DNA of 64,000 nucleotides from a virus. The translations under genes were made by a program, and so were the position numbers. The stretch spans positions 1-64,000 of IMG/VR virus record IMGVR_UViG_3300031992_000005; one strand, 5' to 3'. Shown here in pieces: positions 7,515 to 18,215 of this stretch (the first letter of the stretch is position 1; each line of letters begins with the position of its first letter). Under the pieces are notes generated by a model, which was not told where the DNA came from, did not search any database, and worked only from the letters and a program-made list of their open reading frames with translations.

Positions 7515-7527
7515 AAAGAATAATATG

Positions 7528-10197
7528 CTACTCTTCAACAAGTTCTACTTTTTCTATTGGAGTGACTTTAGTAGTTTCTCCTTCCAGGGTTGCTGAGAAC
7601 TTCGTAACCCCTGGATGTTTTAGCATTACCTCGCTAATAGGAGATATGATATACTTTTCAATATTTCTACTTAAGTCTCTAGCTCCATAGAGAGGATTAC
7701 ACTTACTTATGGTATAATCTCTAAGGGCATTATTTACCTTAATATATACCTTGAATTTGCTCAACTTCTTTTTTATGTCAAGCATCTCGATATTATAGAT
7801 CTTGATTAGATCTTGTGTAGATAATTCATTGAATACTACAATCTTATCAAGTCTATTCAGGAACTCTGGTCTAAACTGTTTTTCTACGGCCTTCATAATG
7901 ACAGCCTTATTTTTCAAAAGCTTATCTTCTCGGTTAGGAGCACCAAAGCCGATGTTCTTATTATTCTTAAGTTCCTTTGTTCCGGTATTTCCTGTAAATA
8001 TAATTACACAGTTGGAGAAATCAACTTCCTCTCCATTTGCCAATTTACATCTACTTGTTTCGAGAATTCCAAGCCAGATGTCATATAGGCTAGGGTGAAT
8101 TTTATCCACTTCGTCAATTAGAATGACGGAGTGCTTTTTTCTTCTCACTTTTTCAAAGATACAATCCTCTCCATATCCTACATAACCTGCAGGACTACCG
8201 ATGAGTTTTGACAATGAATGTTCCTCTTTAAATTCACCTCCATCGATCTTTACAAGATTGTCCAATGAACCGAAGAATATCTTAGCAACTTCTTGTGAAA
8301 TAAGAGTTTTTCCTACACCACTTGGTCCAACAGCCAATATACTGCAAAGAGGCTTTTTCTCATTCCTTAATCCTAAGAAATTTAGCTGTAGTGCTTGAGT
8401 AATTGTATCGATTGCTTCTTGCTGACCAATAACTCTCTTTTCGAGTTCGGCTTTCATGTGAGCAATTTTCTCTCGATCTGTTTGATTTATACTATCAACA
8501 GGTACTCTGGAAATACAACTTACTGCCAGTGCTACATCTGGAATAGTAACCTCTGGCCAAGTTTTCTTTTGATTTCTTTGCTTGTTCAAGGATTTTTCCT
8601 CAGCTTCAATGAGATCTTCGATTTCTGCACATTGATCTTTTAATTCTGTACCCTTATCGAAATCTCTATCTTCTTGAACAGCCTTTATCTTTTCCTTCAC
8701 CAGTTCTTGGAGTTTTTTCTCCAATTCATCCTTCTTTTCAGATACTAGTTCTACTCTTCGTAGGCTAACAATGGCTAGTGATAGATCTAGTACATCTACA
8801 GCTTTGTCTGGAAAGTTCTTATCTGTTATATAACGATCACTCCATCTTACGCAAGCCTCAATGACTTCCTTACTAACCTTTACTCTATGGAACGATTCAT
8901 ATTGACTTTGTATACCTTTCAGAATACGGATTGTTTCTTCCGCAGTTGGAGTAGTTACGTCGACTTGTGTGAATCTTCGATTAAGTGCTGCGTCTTTTTC
9001 GATAAACTTTCTATATTCATCGTTTGTAGTAGCACCAATACACTGGAATTCGCCTCTACTGAGATAAGGTTTAAGGATATTTGCCCCATCACCATTTCCA
9101 CTAGAACCACCATTACCTACTAAGTTATGAAGTTCATCGATGTAAATGATAATATCCTTGTTCTTTATGACCTCCTCAATGATTCTTTGAAGTCTCTCTT
9201 CGTATTCACCTCTATACTTAGTACCTGCTACTAAGTTATTGAGGTTCAGCGAGTAGATCTTCTTATTCTTAAGTCTTTCTGGAACATTACCTTTTACAAT
9301 TTGTTGAGTCAATAGTTCAACAATACTGCTTTTTCCAGTTCCAGCTGCACCTACCAAAGCTACATTAGCTTTCTTTCTCTTTGAGAGAATTTCAATAATG
9401 GACTGTACATAGCCATCTCGTCCAATCACTGGATCATATTTTCCTTCCGCAGCTTCTTTATTCATATTCTGCGCAAATTGATCTAGATATGGAGTTGTGC
9501 TATCCTTATCCATCATGTTTTCCATTATAGGTCTATTATCTCCGTATCTCTCGAAGTCATCTGGATCGTCGTCACTATCTTCTTTATCAGCATCGATGAA
9601 TTCAGCTTTATCATCGTTTTCCGTGACTTTCTTAGCAACGTCTTTAAGAATATTCATCAAGTCACTGAAATTCTTTATGCCTTTATCGTATTTTTTCTCC
9701 TGCCTTTTCTTATTTCCATTAGATTCTTCAAAGGCTGTAAAGAAATCCTGTGGAGTAATTCCTAGTGGAGCAAACATTTCACTCACTAGTTCATCGTGCT
9801 TAAAGATAGCATAGAATATAGTATCTAATTCTACTATTTCTTCTCTATTTTCCAACCCTTTCACAAAATCCATTGCCTCACTAATAACTCCATCCAGTAG
9901 AATACTGCATGGAATAGTATCATCTTCAGTCTTATCTTGGATTTCCTTTGGAATAACTTCAGAGACAGTTTTCTCTCTTTTTTCCAAGTATTCTAAAAGA
10001 CTGTAGACCTTGTTTTCAATTTTGTGAAGAAATCTTCCTACAGCCGGACAATCCCCACCTTCACCTAAGTACTTGTTTATTGCAATATGTACGAAAGTTT
10101 CCGGTATTATCCACTTATAGTGATTTTTCTCCGTGCGTTCTTTACAACGTTTTAATATTTCTTGAACTTCTTCTGAAATAATAATGTGTTTTGACAT
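7528..10197 (-). CDS. ClpC/ClpA/ClpB-family double AAA+ ATPase (unfoldase)
   Basis: 889 aa with a Clp_N-like N-terminus. AAA-1 has GAAGTGKSS plus IIIYIDELH. A short coiled-coil linker follows. AAA-2 has GPSGVGKT plus VILIDEVDK, and GARDLSR lies near the C-terminus. Confidence 0.85.
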   Translation of the reverse strand: MSKHIIISEEVQEILKRCKERTEKNHYKWIIPETFVHIAINKYLGEGGDCPAVGRFLHKIENKVYSLLEYLEKREKTVSEVIPKEIQDKTEDDTIPCSILLDGVISEAMDFVKGLENREEIVELDTIFYAIFKHDELVSEMFAPLGITPQDFFTAFEESNGNKKRQEKKYDKGIKNFSDLMNILKDVAKKVTENDDKAEFIDADKEDSDDDPDDFERYGDNRPIMENMMDKDSTTPYLDQFAQNMNKEAAEGKYDPVIGRDGYVQSIIEILSKRKKANVALVGAAGTGKSSIVELLTQQIVKGNVPERLKNKKIYSLNLNNLVAGTKYRGEYEERLQRIIEEVIKNKDIIIYIDELHNLVGNGGSSGNGDGANILKPYLSRGEFQCIGATTNDEYRKFIEKDAALNRRFTQVDVTTPTAEETIRILKGIQSQYESFHRVKVSKEVIEACVRWSDRYITDKNFPDKAVDVLDLSLAIVSLRRVELVSEKKDELEKKLQELVKEKIKAVQEDRDFDKGTELKDQCAEIEDLIEAEEKSLNKQRNQKKTWPEVTIPDVALAVSCISRVPVDSINQTDREKIAHMKAELEKRVIGQQEAIDTITQALQLNFLGLRNEKKPLCSILAVGPSGVGKTLISQEVAKIFFGSLDNLVKIDGGEFKEEHSLSKLIGSPAGYVGYGEDCIFEKVRRKKHSVILIDEVDKIHPSLYDIWLGILETSRCKLANGEEVDFSNCVIIFTGNTGTKELKNNKNIGFGAPNREDKLLKNKAVIMKAVEKQFRPEFLNRLDKIVVFNELSTQDLIKIYNIEMLDIKKKLSKFKVYIKVNNALRDYTISKCNPLYGARDLSRNIEKYIISPISEVMLKHPGVTKFSATLEGETTKVTPIEKVELVEE

Positions 10198-10248
10198 ATT
10201 AAATAAGTATAAATTTATATTGTTAATACTATATCAATATTAAGAGTC

Positions 10249-11178
10249 TCATGGGTTTGGAAAAGAGAAAACCGTATTGTGATAAAAATTATCAAATATT
10301 ATTATTTGATTATTAATAGGGTTTGTTTCTTTTTCCATTAAAACATCACATAGGTTTCTTAAATCTTCTCGTACAAGTTCATGAAAACAGCCACCGAAAC
10401 CATTCGGGAATATTATCGTAACTGGATTATCCTGATCAGTAGCTTGCAATAGTTTTCCCATTAGGATGGATAGTAATATTCTACCTGCTTGAACACCCGA
10501 TCCCATTTCAAGTTCTGAAAAACTAACTTGTTTTGTATGGAAAAAATAGTAATGATCTTTCCAGGTTGCATTATCTACCTTTCCTCCGCCAGAGTTGATT
10601 ATTCTATTTACCAAGTAATTTCCAACATTTTTCCTCAAATCTACACTAGAGCTAATGAATTTATCTGATAATTTAAGGTTATCAGGGGAAAATAGATTCA
10701 TAGAATCTATGAAATACAAATTCTTGATTGGCTTAAGAAATTTTTGAAGAATCTGTGGAAGAATTGGTATTTTCCAAGGATCACTAGGAACATCTAGTTT
10801 TATTAAGGCCTCATTATCTTCATCATATTCTAAGTAGTCCTTATTAAACCAGTTATTTTTTAGAATTGCATCTTTAGAGCTATAGTCTATCGTTATTAGG
10901 GCATTTACTTTTTTATCTATTTCTTGATATAAAGCTTCCCTAACAATAAGTCCGTCCTCCAAGTAGATACCATATATTATTATTTTTTCTTTTATATTAG
11001 GATCTTGAAAACCTATGGAAAAGTTACCCGTAAATAATTTAATTTTGTCTTTTCCTTCACTAATTCTTTTTAATAGGTTAGTTACTAAAGGAAAAGATCT
11101 TTCAGGTGAACTCCACCATACTGAATTAAGATCAAAAATTACTTCATATTTTTCTACTAATTTTATATCTGTTATCAT
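10249..11178 (-). CDS. hypothetical protein
   Basis: 309-aa ORF. No confident motif. Confidence 0.6.
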   Translation of the reverse strand: MITDIKLVEKYEVIFDLNSVWWSSPERSFPLVTNLLKRISEGKDKIKLFTGNFSIGFQDPNIKEKIIIYGIYLEDGLIVREALYQEIDKKVNALITIDYSSKDAILKNNWFNKDYLEYDEDNEALIKLDVPSDPWKIPILPQILQKFLKPIKNLYFIDSMNLFSPDNLKLSDKFISSSVDLRKNVGNYLVNRIINSGGGKVDNATWKDHYYFFHTKQVSFSELEMGSGVQAGRILLSILMGKLLQATDQDNPVTIIFPNGFGGCFHELVREDLRNLCDVLMEKETNPINNQIIIFDNFYHNTVFSFPNP

Positions 11179-11228
11179 ACAATATATTTATTATCATACA
11201 GTAATAAGGAAAAGAAAGCTCAGGGAAT

Positions 11229-12101
11229 TTACTTTTTCCCTGAGAAAATTTTTAGAAATGCCTTTAGATCAGTTACGTCTTCTTTAAGCTTTTCTGCTTC
11301 CTCTACAAAGATGTCCAGTACTCTATCATAGATAACACTTGGATCTTCTCGATAATTTGACACATCAACCTCAGGCTTTAGTTCAGTAATACTAGTATAA
11401 CCGTCCCTCTGTTTTAGGAGTTCTCTTTTAGTCATCCAGGTTGATATTTTACCTGTATCTTTATCTTTTCTAACCTGAAATATTATACTAATAGATCTCT
11501 GGCCAAATTCACTAGGCTTGACATAAGGAAGAGTAATTGTGCAGCATAAGACACTGAATGACCTATCTACGTCATCAATGATGTATAAGGTATTATTTTT
11601 TCTTTTTTCTGTAGACGATTTACATAATCCAGCTGCCCTAAGTCTCTTTCCATAGCCTGTTGCAACTTTCATAATATTATTCTCAGACGCCGTTAACCAC
11701 TGAGAGAGGTTTGAATGTTCATCCCAAATATCACTATTTTTAGATTTCTTGAATGTATTGTCTAAGTAATTATTTATCCAATCAACTAACTTATCTGGAT
11801 CTCCAAAGACATCAATGAATTTACAGATATTTGTTCTTATTTTTCTACTTACGTGCTTAGGAGTAAATAAGACGCATAATGTATATATTCTGACACCTTC
11901 ATATCCAGAGATAAACCAAGAACTACCTGTAATAACATTTAGTTCTACTAGGTTATTTTCAAGATATCCAATTAGTGTTTCTGGTTTCCCAAATTCATTC
12001 CCATCGCCAGGAGAATATTTAAACTTATTAAATCTCGAAACATGTTCCTTGAGATAATTAATTGTTTCCGTCGTCGACATAATTAGAATAACCTTTATCA
12101 A
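11229..12101 (-). CDS. hypothetical protein
   Basis: 290-aa ORF. Confidence 0.6.
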   Translation of the reverse strand: MIKVILIMSTTETINYLKEHVSRFNKFKYSPGDGNEFGKPETLIGYLENNLVELNVITGSSWFISGYEGVRIYTLCVLFTPKHVSRKIRTNICKFIDVFGDPDKLVDWINNYLDNTFKKSKNSDIWDEHSNLSQWLTASENNIMKVATGYGKRLRAAGLCKSSTEKRKNNTLYIIDDVDRSFSVLCCTITLPYVKPSEFGQRSISIIFQVRKDKDTGKISTWMTKRELLKQRDGYTSITELKPEVDVSNYREDPSVIYDRVLDIFVEEAEKLKEDVTDLKAFLKIFSGKK

Positions 12102-12501
12102 TTAATATATGCTTTAACATTCCCTTACCTTGTTCAGATTTTATTTCCCTTTGTAATTTCTTAATAAAAGTAACTACCTCTGGTGTAGGAGATTTACCTA
12201 GCATTTTCTCTAAGTCACTTAGTAATTCTCTTTCTTTTTGATCAATTGCACTATTTTCTATAGAATTGAGTATACTAAATATGAGTATGTAATCTAGGTA
12301 TCTGGATTTTTTATAAAACTCCGAATAGGATTTAAGAACTATATATATCCAGGTTAATGGAATAATTATTTTCCATAAAGTACCCATTGTTTCCCATAAA
12401 GTAAATTCTAATTTACCCAGTATTAACCCAGATATAATAGAAATTGCATAGAAACATAAACTTTCTAGGATTAGATATTTTTTATAAAGTTGTTTAAACA
12501 T
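12058..12501 (-). CDS. membrane protein
   Basis: 147 aa with three hydrophobic stretches in the N-terminal half. Confidence 0.55.
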   Translation of the reverse strand: MFKQLYKKYLILESLCFYAISIISGLILGKLEFTLWETMGTLWKIIIPLTWIYIVLKSYSEFYKKSRYLDYILIFSILNSIENSAIDQKERELLSDLEKMLGKSPTPEVVTFIKKLQREIKSEQGKGMLKHILIDKGYSNYVDDGNN

Positions 12502-12510
12502 TTTAGTAAA

Positions 12511-12540
12511 AATTTATGGGGAGTACATAACATACTCCCC
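12511..12540 (-). terminator. hairpin downstream of 12558-13235
   Basis: GGGGAGTA/TACTCCCC 8-bp stem. The T-run is weak (ATAAATTTTT). Confidence 0.45.
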
Positions 12541-12557
12541 TGGTTATTTTAATCTTT

Positions 12558-13235
12558 TTACTGTAATATCCTCCATTCCTGAGCTCGGATTGCACGATTC
12601 AATTCCGAGTTCCTAAGCTTACCCGAGAACTTGTCAGTTGGGTAATAAGGATGGAAGTTTTTAATAGGACGTTCCAGATTTACATCTAAGACATTATATG
12701 TATTTACTGGTTCTAGCCATAAAGATTCACCGTCATCATGAATCTTAAATACGGTGAACTTGTTATCATTTTGGAGAATATCTACATATTTTCCATCAAA
12801 GAATTTATACACATTCCATCTTAGACTATCTCTTAGGTTAATGATAATAGACCTAGAGATTAAATCACCAGAATCCATACTAAAAATCGGAAAGTCTGAT
12901 CCATTCTCTTTGACATTAATAGGCTCATCGTCCCCAAGAATCTTTTTAGTACTTGCTGAGATTAGGTCTTTCTTGACATAATCCGACAAACTCTTTCGAT
13001 TCTTCCTCATCAATAGACGAATAATATCCCCACTATTCATACTTAGGGTTTCTTCGTTTGCCTGAAAATCATCTTTTCCTGTCTTTTCACCTACCTTCGT
13101 AAGAGTTAGGGTAGGCTTCAACTTATCATCTAATCCAGGACTAGTTACCTGATAGAGATAAAAGCTACTACCTATTGCTGTGTTGTTGGTGAAAAATGGA
13201 AAATACTTTCCAATTAATGTATTTACATCCTTCAT
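12558..13235 (-). CDS. hypothetical protein
   Basis: 225-aa ORF. Its start overlaps the infA stop (ATGA). Confidence 0.6.
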   Translation of the reverse strand: MKDVNTLIGKYFPFFTNNTAIGSSFYLYQVTSPGLDDKLKPTLTLTKVGEKTGKDDFQANEETLSMNSGDIIRLLMRKNRKSLSDYVKKDLISASTKKILGDDEPINVKENGSDFPIFSMDSGDLISRSIIINLRDSLRWNVYKFFDGKYVDILQNDNKFTVFKIHDDGESLWLEPVNTYNVLDVNLERPIKNFHPYYPTDKFSGKLRNSELNRAIRAQEWRILQ

Positions 13236-13504
13236 TTCTTTTTGTAATTTGTTGAGTTATTGTTATTATTGTTAGTTCCTTGAAGTCTAAGTCTCGTAGT
13301 TATTCGTCCTTTTGTTAGATCATAAGGGCTCATCTCTACCTTAACTTTATCTCCTGCCATAATTCTAATATAATTCTTTCTGATCTTTCCAGAGATAGTA
13401 CAAATTATCTCTGGGGATCCGTCTAAGTTTAATTGAACTAAGAACATTGAATTCCCTAGTTCTTTCAATACTTCTCCTTCACTTTCTATGTTTCCTTGTT
13501 TCAT
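13232..13504 (-). CDS. infA: translation initiation factor IF-1
   Basis: 90 aa. It aligns by eye with bacterial IF-1 (S1-like OB fold): [17 protein letters not shown]...[33 protein letters not shown]. It carries an extra Asn-rich C-terminal tail. Confidence 0.85.
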   Translation of the reverse strand: MKQGNIESEGEVLKELGNSMFLVQLNLDGSPEIICTISGKIRKNYIRIMAGDKVKVEMSPYDLTKGRITTRLRLQGTNNNNNNSTNYKKK

Positions 13505-15111
13505 TTTATCATTTTAGCTGATAGATCAAACTCTAATTCTAGCTCGGTGAATCTTTCTTTAAGTATATTCTTCTTTAGAATTTCCGTAAGTTCATTATTA
13601 TGGGTGGCATATTCTACTACCTTATTTACGTTTATCGTAAGATGAACATACTCTTTTGGTTTAGATTTTGTACCAAGATTAATTACTTCAAATGAAGATA
13701 CTGCCGCAGGATTACCATTTCTAGCATCGTTGACCTGCTTCATTAATATTTCGCCTAATGGAGTTTTTCCAAAAAGCGATTCAATAGTATTCTTAGCTGC
13801 TTTTTGATCTACCTTTCCTTTACCATATCCTCCTACAGCTTTTACTCTTTGACAACTTTTTTTGGTTGAAGTTTGGGTATCATGATATCTATAATATTGT
13901 TCCCACCATTTAATAAAGTTATCAAAAGACTCGGTTATGAAGGATTTATCAAATGTCTTGATCTGTTCAATAATTATGTCATTTATTGGAATATCAAAAT
14001 ATTTGAAGAATTCTTCATAGTAAGAGTAAGACAATGCATTAGGATCCATTATATATTTACAAAATAGCTTGAATGTATTCACTACATTAGCATCCATTGT
14101 CTGTTGTTCTGATATATATAATCCTCTGCCACCAAACAATGAATAATCACTATTGTAGTAGATTATCAGGAGCTCTTTTATAATGACTTCAATGTATTGT
14201 ATTAATGTTTCCTTAAGCATTTCCGGAATTTCTTTTACTCCAGAAATACTTGAGAATGCATAAGGTTCTAGGGCTCGATAGAAATATTGGAAATTTATAT
14301 GAGCACTACCTAATAACGGTTGTCTTGCAATATCACATGCATTTGTAGTCAGGGTTTCCCAAAAATCTTCTATCCTAGGTGAATCATTTTCTAGGATTTT
14401 TCCACTGTCTACCATACTCTGAATGTTCGTCTTATACTTTATAGCATAAGGATCGTTTTCATCAAAGTAACTCAGTTTAAATACATCTGATACTGTTTTT
14501 GCTTCTTTCGGTAGTTTATTTACGAAAAGATATGCAACCTCTACTTTATCTTCACTTAAGAAGTTGGCACAGTATGGTTGTGCTTTTTTGGCAAACACTG
14601 TACCTAAGAAGAAAAGTGTTTCCTTTTCAGAGTCATATCTATGTCCAGGAATGAATTTCTTCGTCTTCTTATAGGACTTACAACTAGCTAGTCTTGTCAT
14701 CTCATCAAAGCAATCATTATATTCAGACATCTCTGGTGAGACAAGCTTAATATCTGTGCAAGCATCATCATCGCTAAATGCGATTTCAAATCTTTCTTGA
14801 AAATGTCCTTTTTCTAAGGTGCATTCTGTCAAAAGATGGCCCATGTTTTCATTATTAACATAATTGCCTACGCCTACCCAGGAATTACCTAGTTTAATTT
14901 CTATATTACGCGAATTGTTAAACCTAGCTTCAAGACTATCTATACTAAAGTTTTCGATTTCACCTAGATCTATCGCTTTAGCAGAAATACCTTGAAGATT
15001 TAGATTAGAAATGAATTTTGAATTCTTTTTGTTTTCTACTGGAACAAAATATACTAAATTTCTTTCATTTTGAAATAGTAAGTCATAGTCTGTAACTAAT
15101 CTCCACTTCAT
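13501..15111 (-). CDS. hypothetical protein
   Basis: 536-aa ORF with a 4-nt overlap onto infA. Confidence 0.65.
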   Translation of the reverse strand: MKWRLVTDYDLLFQNERNLVYFVPVENKKNSKFISNLNLQGISAKAIDLGEIENFSIDSLEARFNNSRNIEIKLGNSWVGVGNYVNNENMGHLLTECTLEKGHFQERFEIAFSDDDACTDIKLVSPEMSEYNDCFDEMTRLASCKSYKKTKKFIPGHRYDSEKETLFFLGTVFAKKAQPYCANFLSEDKVEVAYLFVNKLPKEAKTVSDVFKLSYFDENDPYAIKYKTNIQSMVDSGKILENDSPRIEDFWETLTTNACDIARQPLLGSAHINFQYFYRALEPYAFSSISGVKEIPEMLKETLIQYIEVIIKELLIIYYNSDYSLFGGRGLYISEQQTMDANVVNTFKLFCKYIMDPNALSYSYYEEFFKYFDIPINDIIIEQIKTFDKSFITESFDNFIKWWEQYYRYHDTQTSTKKSCQRVKAVGGYGKGKVDQKAAKNTIESLFGKTPLGEILMKQVNDARNGNPAAVSSFEVINLGTKSKPKEYVHLTINVNKVVEYATHNNELTEILKKNILKERFTELELEFDLSAKMIK

Positions 15112-15526
15112 ACTTTACTTTAACCTTAACACTATTAAATTTAATAATATTACCACCAAAAAATTTGTAAACATGTTTCAGCTCGTCTTTAAGCTGATCC
15201 GTCGGATTTTCTATCTCAGATTCTTGTACCAATGTTAGGATAGCCAATTTATAACGTTTTTTCATTTCGTCTGGCTCTATCAATTCACATTTAAATACAA
15301 ATCCATCTAAGAGTTCACAAGCTGTTCTTAGTTCTGGTATATCCCAACAGTCTCTATTGAATTTTGCTTCAATAAATTCTTCTAGGGAATTTACCATATT
15401 AACATCAGAGGTTGGAGTTCTTCTACAATCTATCCAGCCACCTTTCTTGTACCAGTATAGACTTTTGTTAACTCCAGCAATTAATCTCCGAATTACTTTT
15501 TCGGTACCATTGGCATCATTTGACAT
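15083..15526 (-). CDS. hypothetical protein
   Basis: 147-aa ORF. Confidence 0.55.
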   Translation of the reverse strand: MSNDANGTEKVIRRLIAGVNKSLYWYKKGGWIDCRRTPTSDVNMVNSLEEFIEAKFNRDCWDIPELRTACELLDGFVFKCELIEPDEMKKRYKLAILTLVQESEIENPTDQLKDELKHVYKFFGGNIIKFNSVKVKVKYEVEISYRL

Positions 15527-16127
15527 TTAGTATACAATTTAGAATCGATCCTAATAGGAGATCCATAGTTACTGCATATCTTGAATTAAAATGTTGTCTT
15601 TTCTTTTCTGGATAACAGGAATAAATACGTATACTCCAGTCATTCTCTTCCACTTTTAGTGTTACTTGAAAAGTATCTTTAGACCAAGAGTCATGGAACT
15701 CATATGTCCCAGATCTAATTGATTTTCTAATATTGTCAATCTTTCTAGAGTACTCTTCATCTAGTTCTCTTGTTGAATTATAATGATAAGTACTTAAATA
15801 CAATATCGAATCTTCTTCTGTTTTATGAAATTCACTACATAGATAAGGAACTTGGTCGTTTATTTTGGCAAAATTCCAGTTTGAGAGGGTAAATTCTGGA
15901 GGATCCTTCTCAAGTTTTTCAATAATATTGAATTTCTTAGGAATAAGTAGCTTTTTGAAGGGTTCTATGTACGCAAATACTTCACCAGTATCTAATTGAT
16001 AGTATGGATAATTTTCTACCTTTACTAAGTCTTTAATGAAGGGTTTATCTTCCAAAGAATATTTAAAATACTCTTGATTATTACCAACTATCTGATGAAA
16101 TGCTTCTTTTCTAATTATACTAATCAT
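15516..16127 (-). CDS. hypothetical protein
   Basis: 203-aa ORF. Confidence 0.6.
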   Translation of the reverse strand: MISIIRKEAFHQIVGNNQEYFKYSLEDKPFIKDLVKVENYPYYQLDTGEVFAYIEPFKKLLIPKKFNIIEKLEKDPPEFTLSNWNFAKINDQVPYLCSEFHKTEEDSILYLSTYHYNSTRELDEEYSRKIDNIRKSIRSGTYEFHDSWSKDTFQVTLKVEENDWSIRIYSCYPEKKRQHFNSRYAVTMDLLLGSILNCILNVK

Positions 16128-17169
16128 TTCTATTGTTCTTAAAATAATCTATAATACCTTTTGTACTAGACCAACTTACTCTTTCACTCAATAGTGATCT
16201 AGACGTTGGGGCAAATGTTTCATTGACCGCATCTACATACATACTACAAGTGAATTCATCGCCAAAATATAACCTATCCCATTCCTCTGAGAGAAGAATA
16301 TCTCTTATTCCCAGCTGTTCTATAGCTAGATTATCAAAACCGATTGTTTTATAGTATTCACTACCTTTTCCACCCTTTCTGAAATCGTAGATAAATTTCT
16401 TTACAACTCTTCTCCATTCATCTAGGTGTTCTGGCGCCATTCCTTCAGCTCTACCAAATTGCTTGAATCCTAAGATTAAAATTTTCTTATAATTCAAGTT
16501 ACCTAGCATTTTCACTAGGTCTTCGATTGGAAATAGTCCAACTATGACATGAAATACTACTTTAGACGACAGTATAAATCCATCTGTTATCTTCACGTTT
16601 GGCTCAAACTTAGAAATACTAACACCTAGGTATTCGGATTTTCTGATGATCGTTTTTATACTAGGACTTATTTCAGTATGCTCATTTTCTTCTGAAAATG
16701 GTCCCATACTTTTCAAGTAGTCTGTGTATGGGAGAAGATGTTCGTAGTTTAAGGTAGTTCTTACACTAAAACCCTTTTCTCTACACCAATTAATTAATTT
16801 TGCTGCATCTTCAGGTATTTCCAGAACATTACCTCCACCAATAGCAATTTCTATTCCGCAAGAAGGTAACTCATCCAACATTGATATAGTTCTATCTAAG
16901 TTAAAAGATTTACCACTTGGACAGCTAGATTCATGACAATATGGACAACCTTTATTACATTTATTGGTTATCTTTAAGTCAATTGAATCTGGAAAATCTG
17001 GAATAAATTTACTATCCGTAGTTCTGAGTAACCTCTTTTCTTTCCCACCGTCTATCAGGTCATGAACGAAATAATTACCATTGATGTAATTACTGCGACT
17101 ATGGGATTTTATATCGGTCTCAATACCATCAATACTTGCTCTATTGTTTGTTACCCAAGTTCTTCTCAT
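16120..17169 (-). CDS. radical SAM enzyme
   Basis: 349 aa. CNKGCPYC (CxxxCxxC cluster) at about residue 70, followed by a GGGN(V)LE SAM-binding-like motif. Confidence 0.75.
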   Translation of the reverse strand: MRRTWVTNNRASIDGIETDIKSHSRSNYINGNYFVHDLIDGGKEKRLLRTTDSKFIPDFPDSIDLKITNKCNKGCPYCHESSCPSGKSFNLDRTISMLDELPSCGIEIAIGGGNVLEIPEDAAKLINWCREKGFSVRTTLNYEHLLPYTDYLKSMGPFSEENEHTEISPSIKTIIRKSEYLGVSISKFEPNVKITDGFILSSKVVFHVIVGLFPIEDLVKMLGNLNYKKILILGFKQFGRAEGMAPEHLDEWRRVVKKFIYDFRKGGKGSEYYKTIGFDNLAIEQLGIRDILLSEEWDRLYFGDEFTCSMYVDAVNETFAPTSRSLLSERVSWSSTKGIIDYFKNNRND

Positions 17170-18215
17170 AATTCTCCAAACTCTTTACTAATTATTTTAA
17201 ACTTTTGAATAATAAAGTTTTCTCCAGGTATAGACTTTTTCTTTATGAAATTTACCTTATCATTTATATAATCATCTATATTCCAAGTCGTTTGTCTAAA
17301 TTTTTCAAACGCCTCTGATTGTAATGTTCGAAAACTTGTAATAAAATTACAAGAAGCCCACACTATGGTATCTATTCCAAAACCTACCGATGCTATTTCT
17401 CCATAATCTGTATAAAGTTCAGAAAATAATATCAAATCATTTGGATTATTTCCCTTCCTTTGACAGATTGGAAGAAATTTCTTCTGGTTATAATCAAAGT
17501 AAATTGATTGTAATATATTTCCTACTTCTTCATCAAGAACTATCCCATCACTAATCTCCTTAAGGTCCGTCAGTTCAAATTCAATTTTTCCGATTGGATC
17601 CCCCAAGTCTATACTAGCTGTAAATTCAGGTTCAGATTCATTAAAGAAGTCGTATTTTTCCTGTGTAAGTACTCTTCCATCAGAGTCTATGAATAGTAAT
17701 GATCTTTCGTTGAAAATAAAATTCTTTAAAGATTCTTTACTTTCCCAAACGAGTTCATCATTATCCATACTTTGATGATCTACGCTAGGTACACTAGGAT
17801 AATTAGGGTAATCATCGTATGAGTCATTAGTTTTACCTTGGAGAATTCTATTATCAACATATTCTTTCACCCAGTCAAATATGACTCCCTTACATCCAGT
17901 AAATTCTACAATGACTTCCTGGAGTTCCTTTAATGATTCCCAACCAGCACAGACTAACCCCGAACTATCCCCATATCCGTGAAGTAATCCACAGGCATAC
18001 TGAATTTTTCGTAGAACGCTGTTATATACTCTGGAGTCTTGTCCAAAATCCATTCCCCCAGGAATATGTATATAACCTTTATCATCTTCATCTAAGTCCC
18101 AATAAGGACTATCTGTTTTTAACAAACTGGTCTCATCCGTATCTATAACAATAGAATGAGAAGAGCTTGAATTTGTTTCTGGTAAATTATACCGATAAAC
18201 TCTTTTTATTTTCAT
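17166..18215 (-). CDS. hypothetical protein
   Basis: 349-aa ORF with a 4-nt overlap onto the radical SAM gene. Confidence 0.6.
   Translation of the reverse strand: MKIKRVYRYNLPETNSSSSHSIVIDTDETSLLKTDSPYWDLDEDDKGYIHIPGGMDFGQDSRVYNSVLRKIQYACGLLHGYGDSSGLVCAGWESLKELQEVIVEFTGCKGVIFDWVKEYVDNRILQGKTNDSYDDYPNYPSVPSVDHQSMDNDELVWESKESLKNFIFNERSLLFIDSDGRVLTQEKYDFFNESEPEFTASIDLGDPIGKIEFELTDLKEISDGIVLDEEVGNILQSIYFDYNQKKFLPICQRKGNNPNDLILFSELYTDYGEIASVGFGIDTIVWASCNFITSFRTLQSEAFEKFRQTTWNIDDYINDKVNFIKKKSIPGENFIIQKFKIISKEFGEL

Noticed and set aside
6680-7527. Whether the repeat array is a CRISPR array.
   Set aside because: The repeats are composite terminator-promoter cassettes of unequal length and spacing (about 90-130-nt period), not 25-40-nt direct repeats with uniform spacers. 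No cas genes or leader are present.
6680-7527. tRNA, tmRNA or rRNA genes in the intergenic regions (also checked at 50400-51570 and 54472-54698).
   Set aside because: I could not find a cloverleaf, and no T-loop-like GTTCGAATC or GTTCAAATC with a flanking 5-bp stem. No tRNAscan was run, so this is a weak negative.
10249-11178. Faint resemblance of ELEMGSGVQAGRILLSIL...VTIIFPNGFGGCFHELV to the ABC/AAA_21 signature plus Walker B region.
   Set aside because: No Walker A is present, and the acidic Walker B residues are replaced (FPNG instead of DEPE). This is too weak to call without a profile search.
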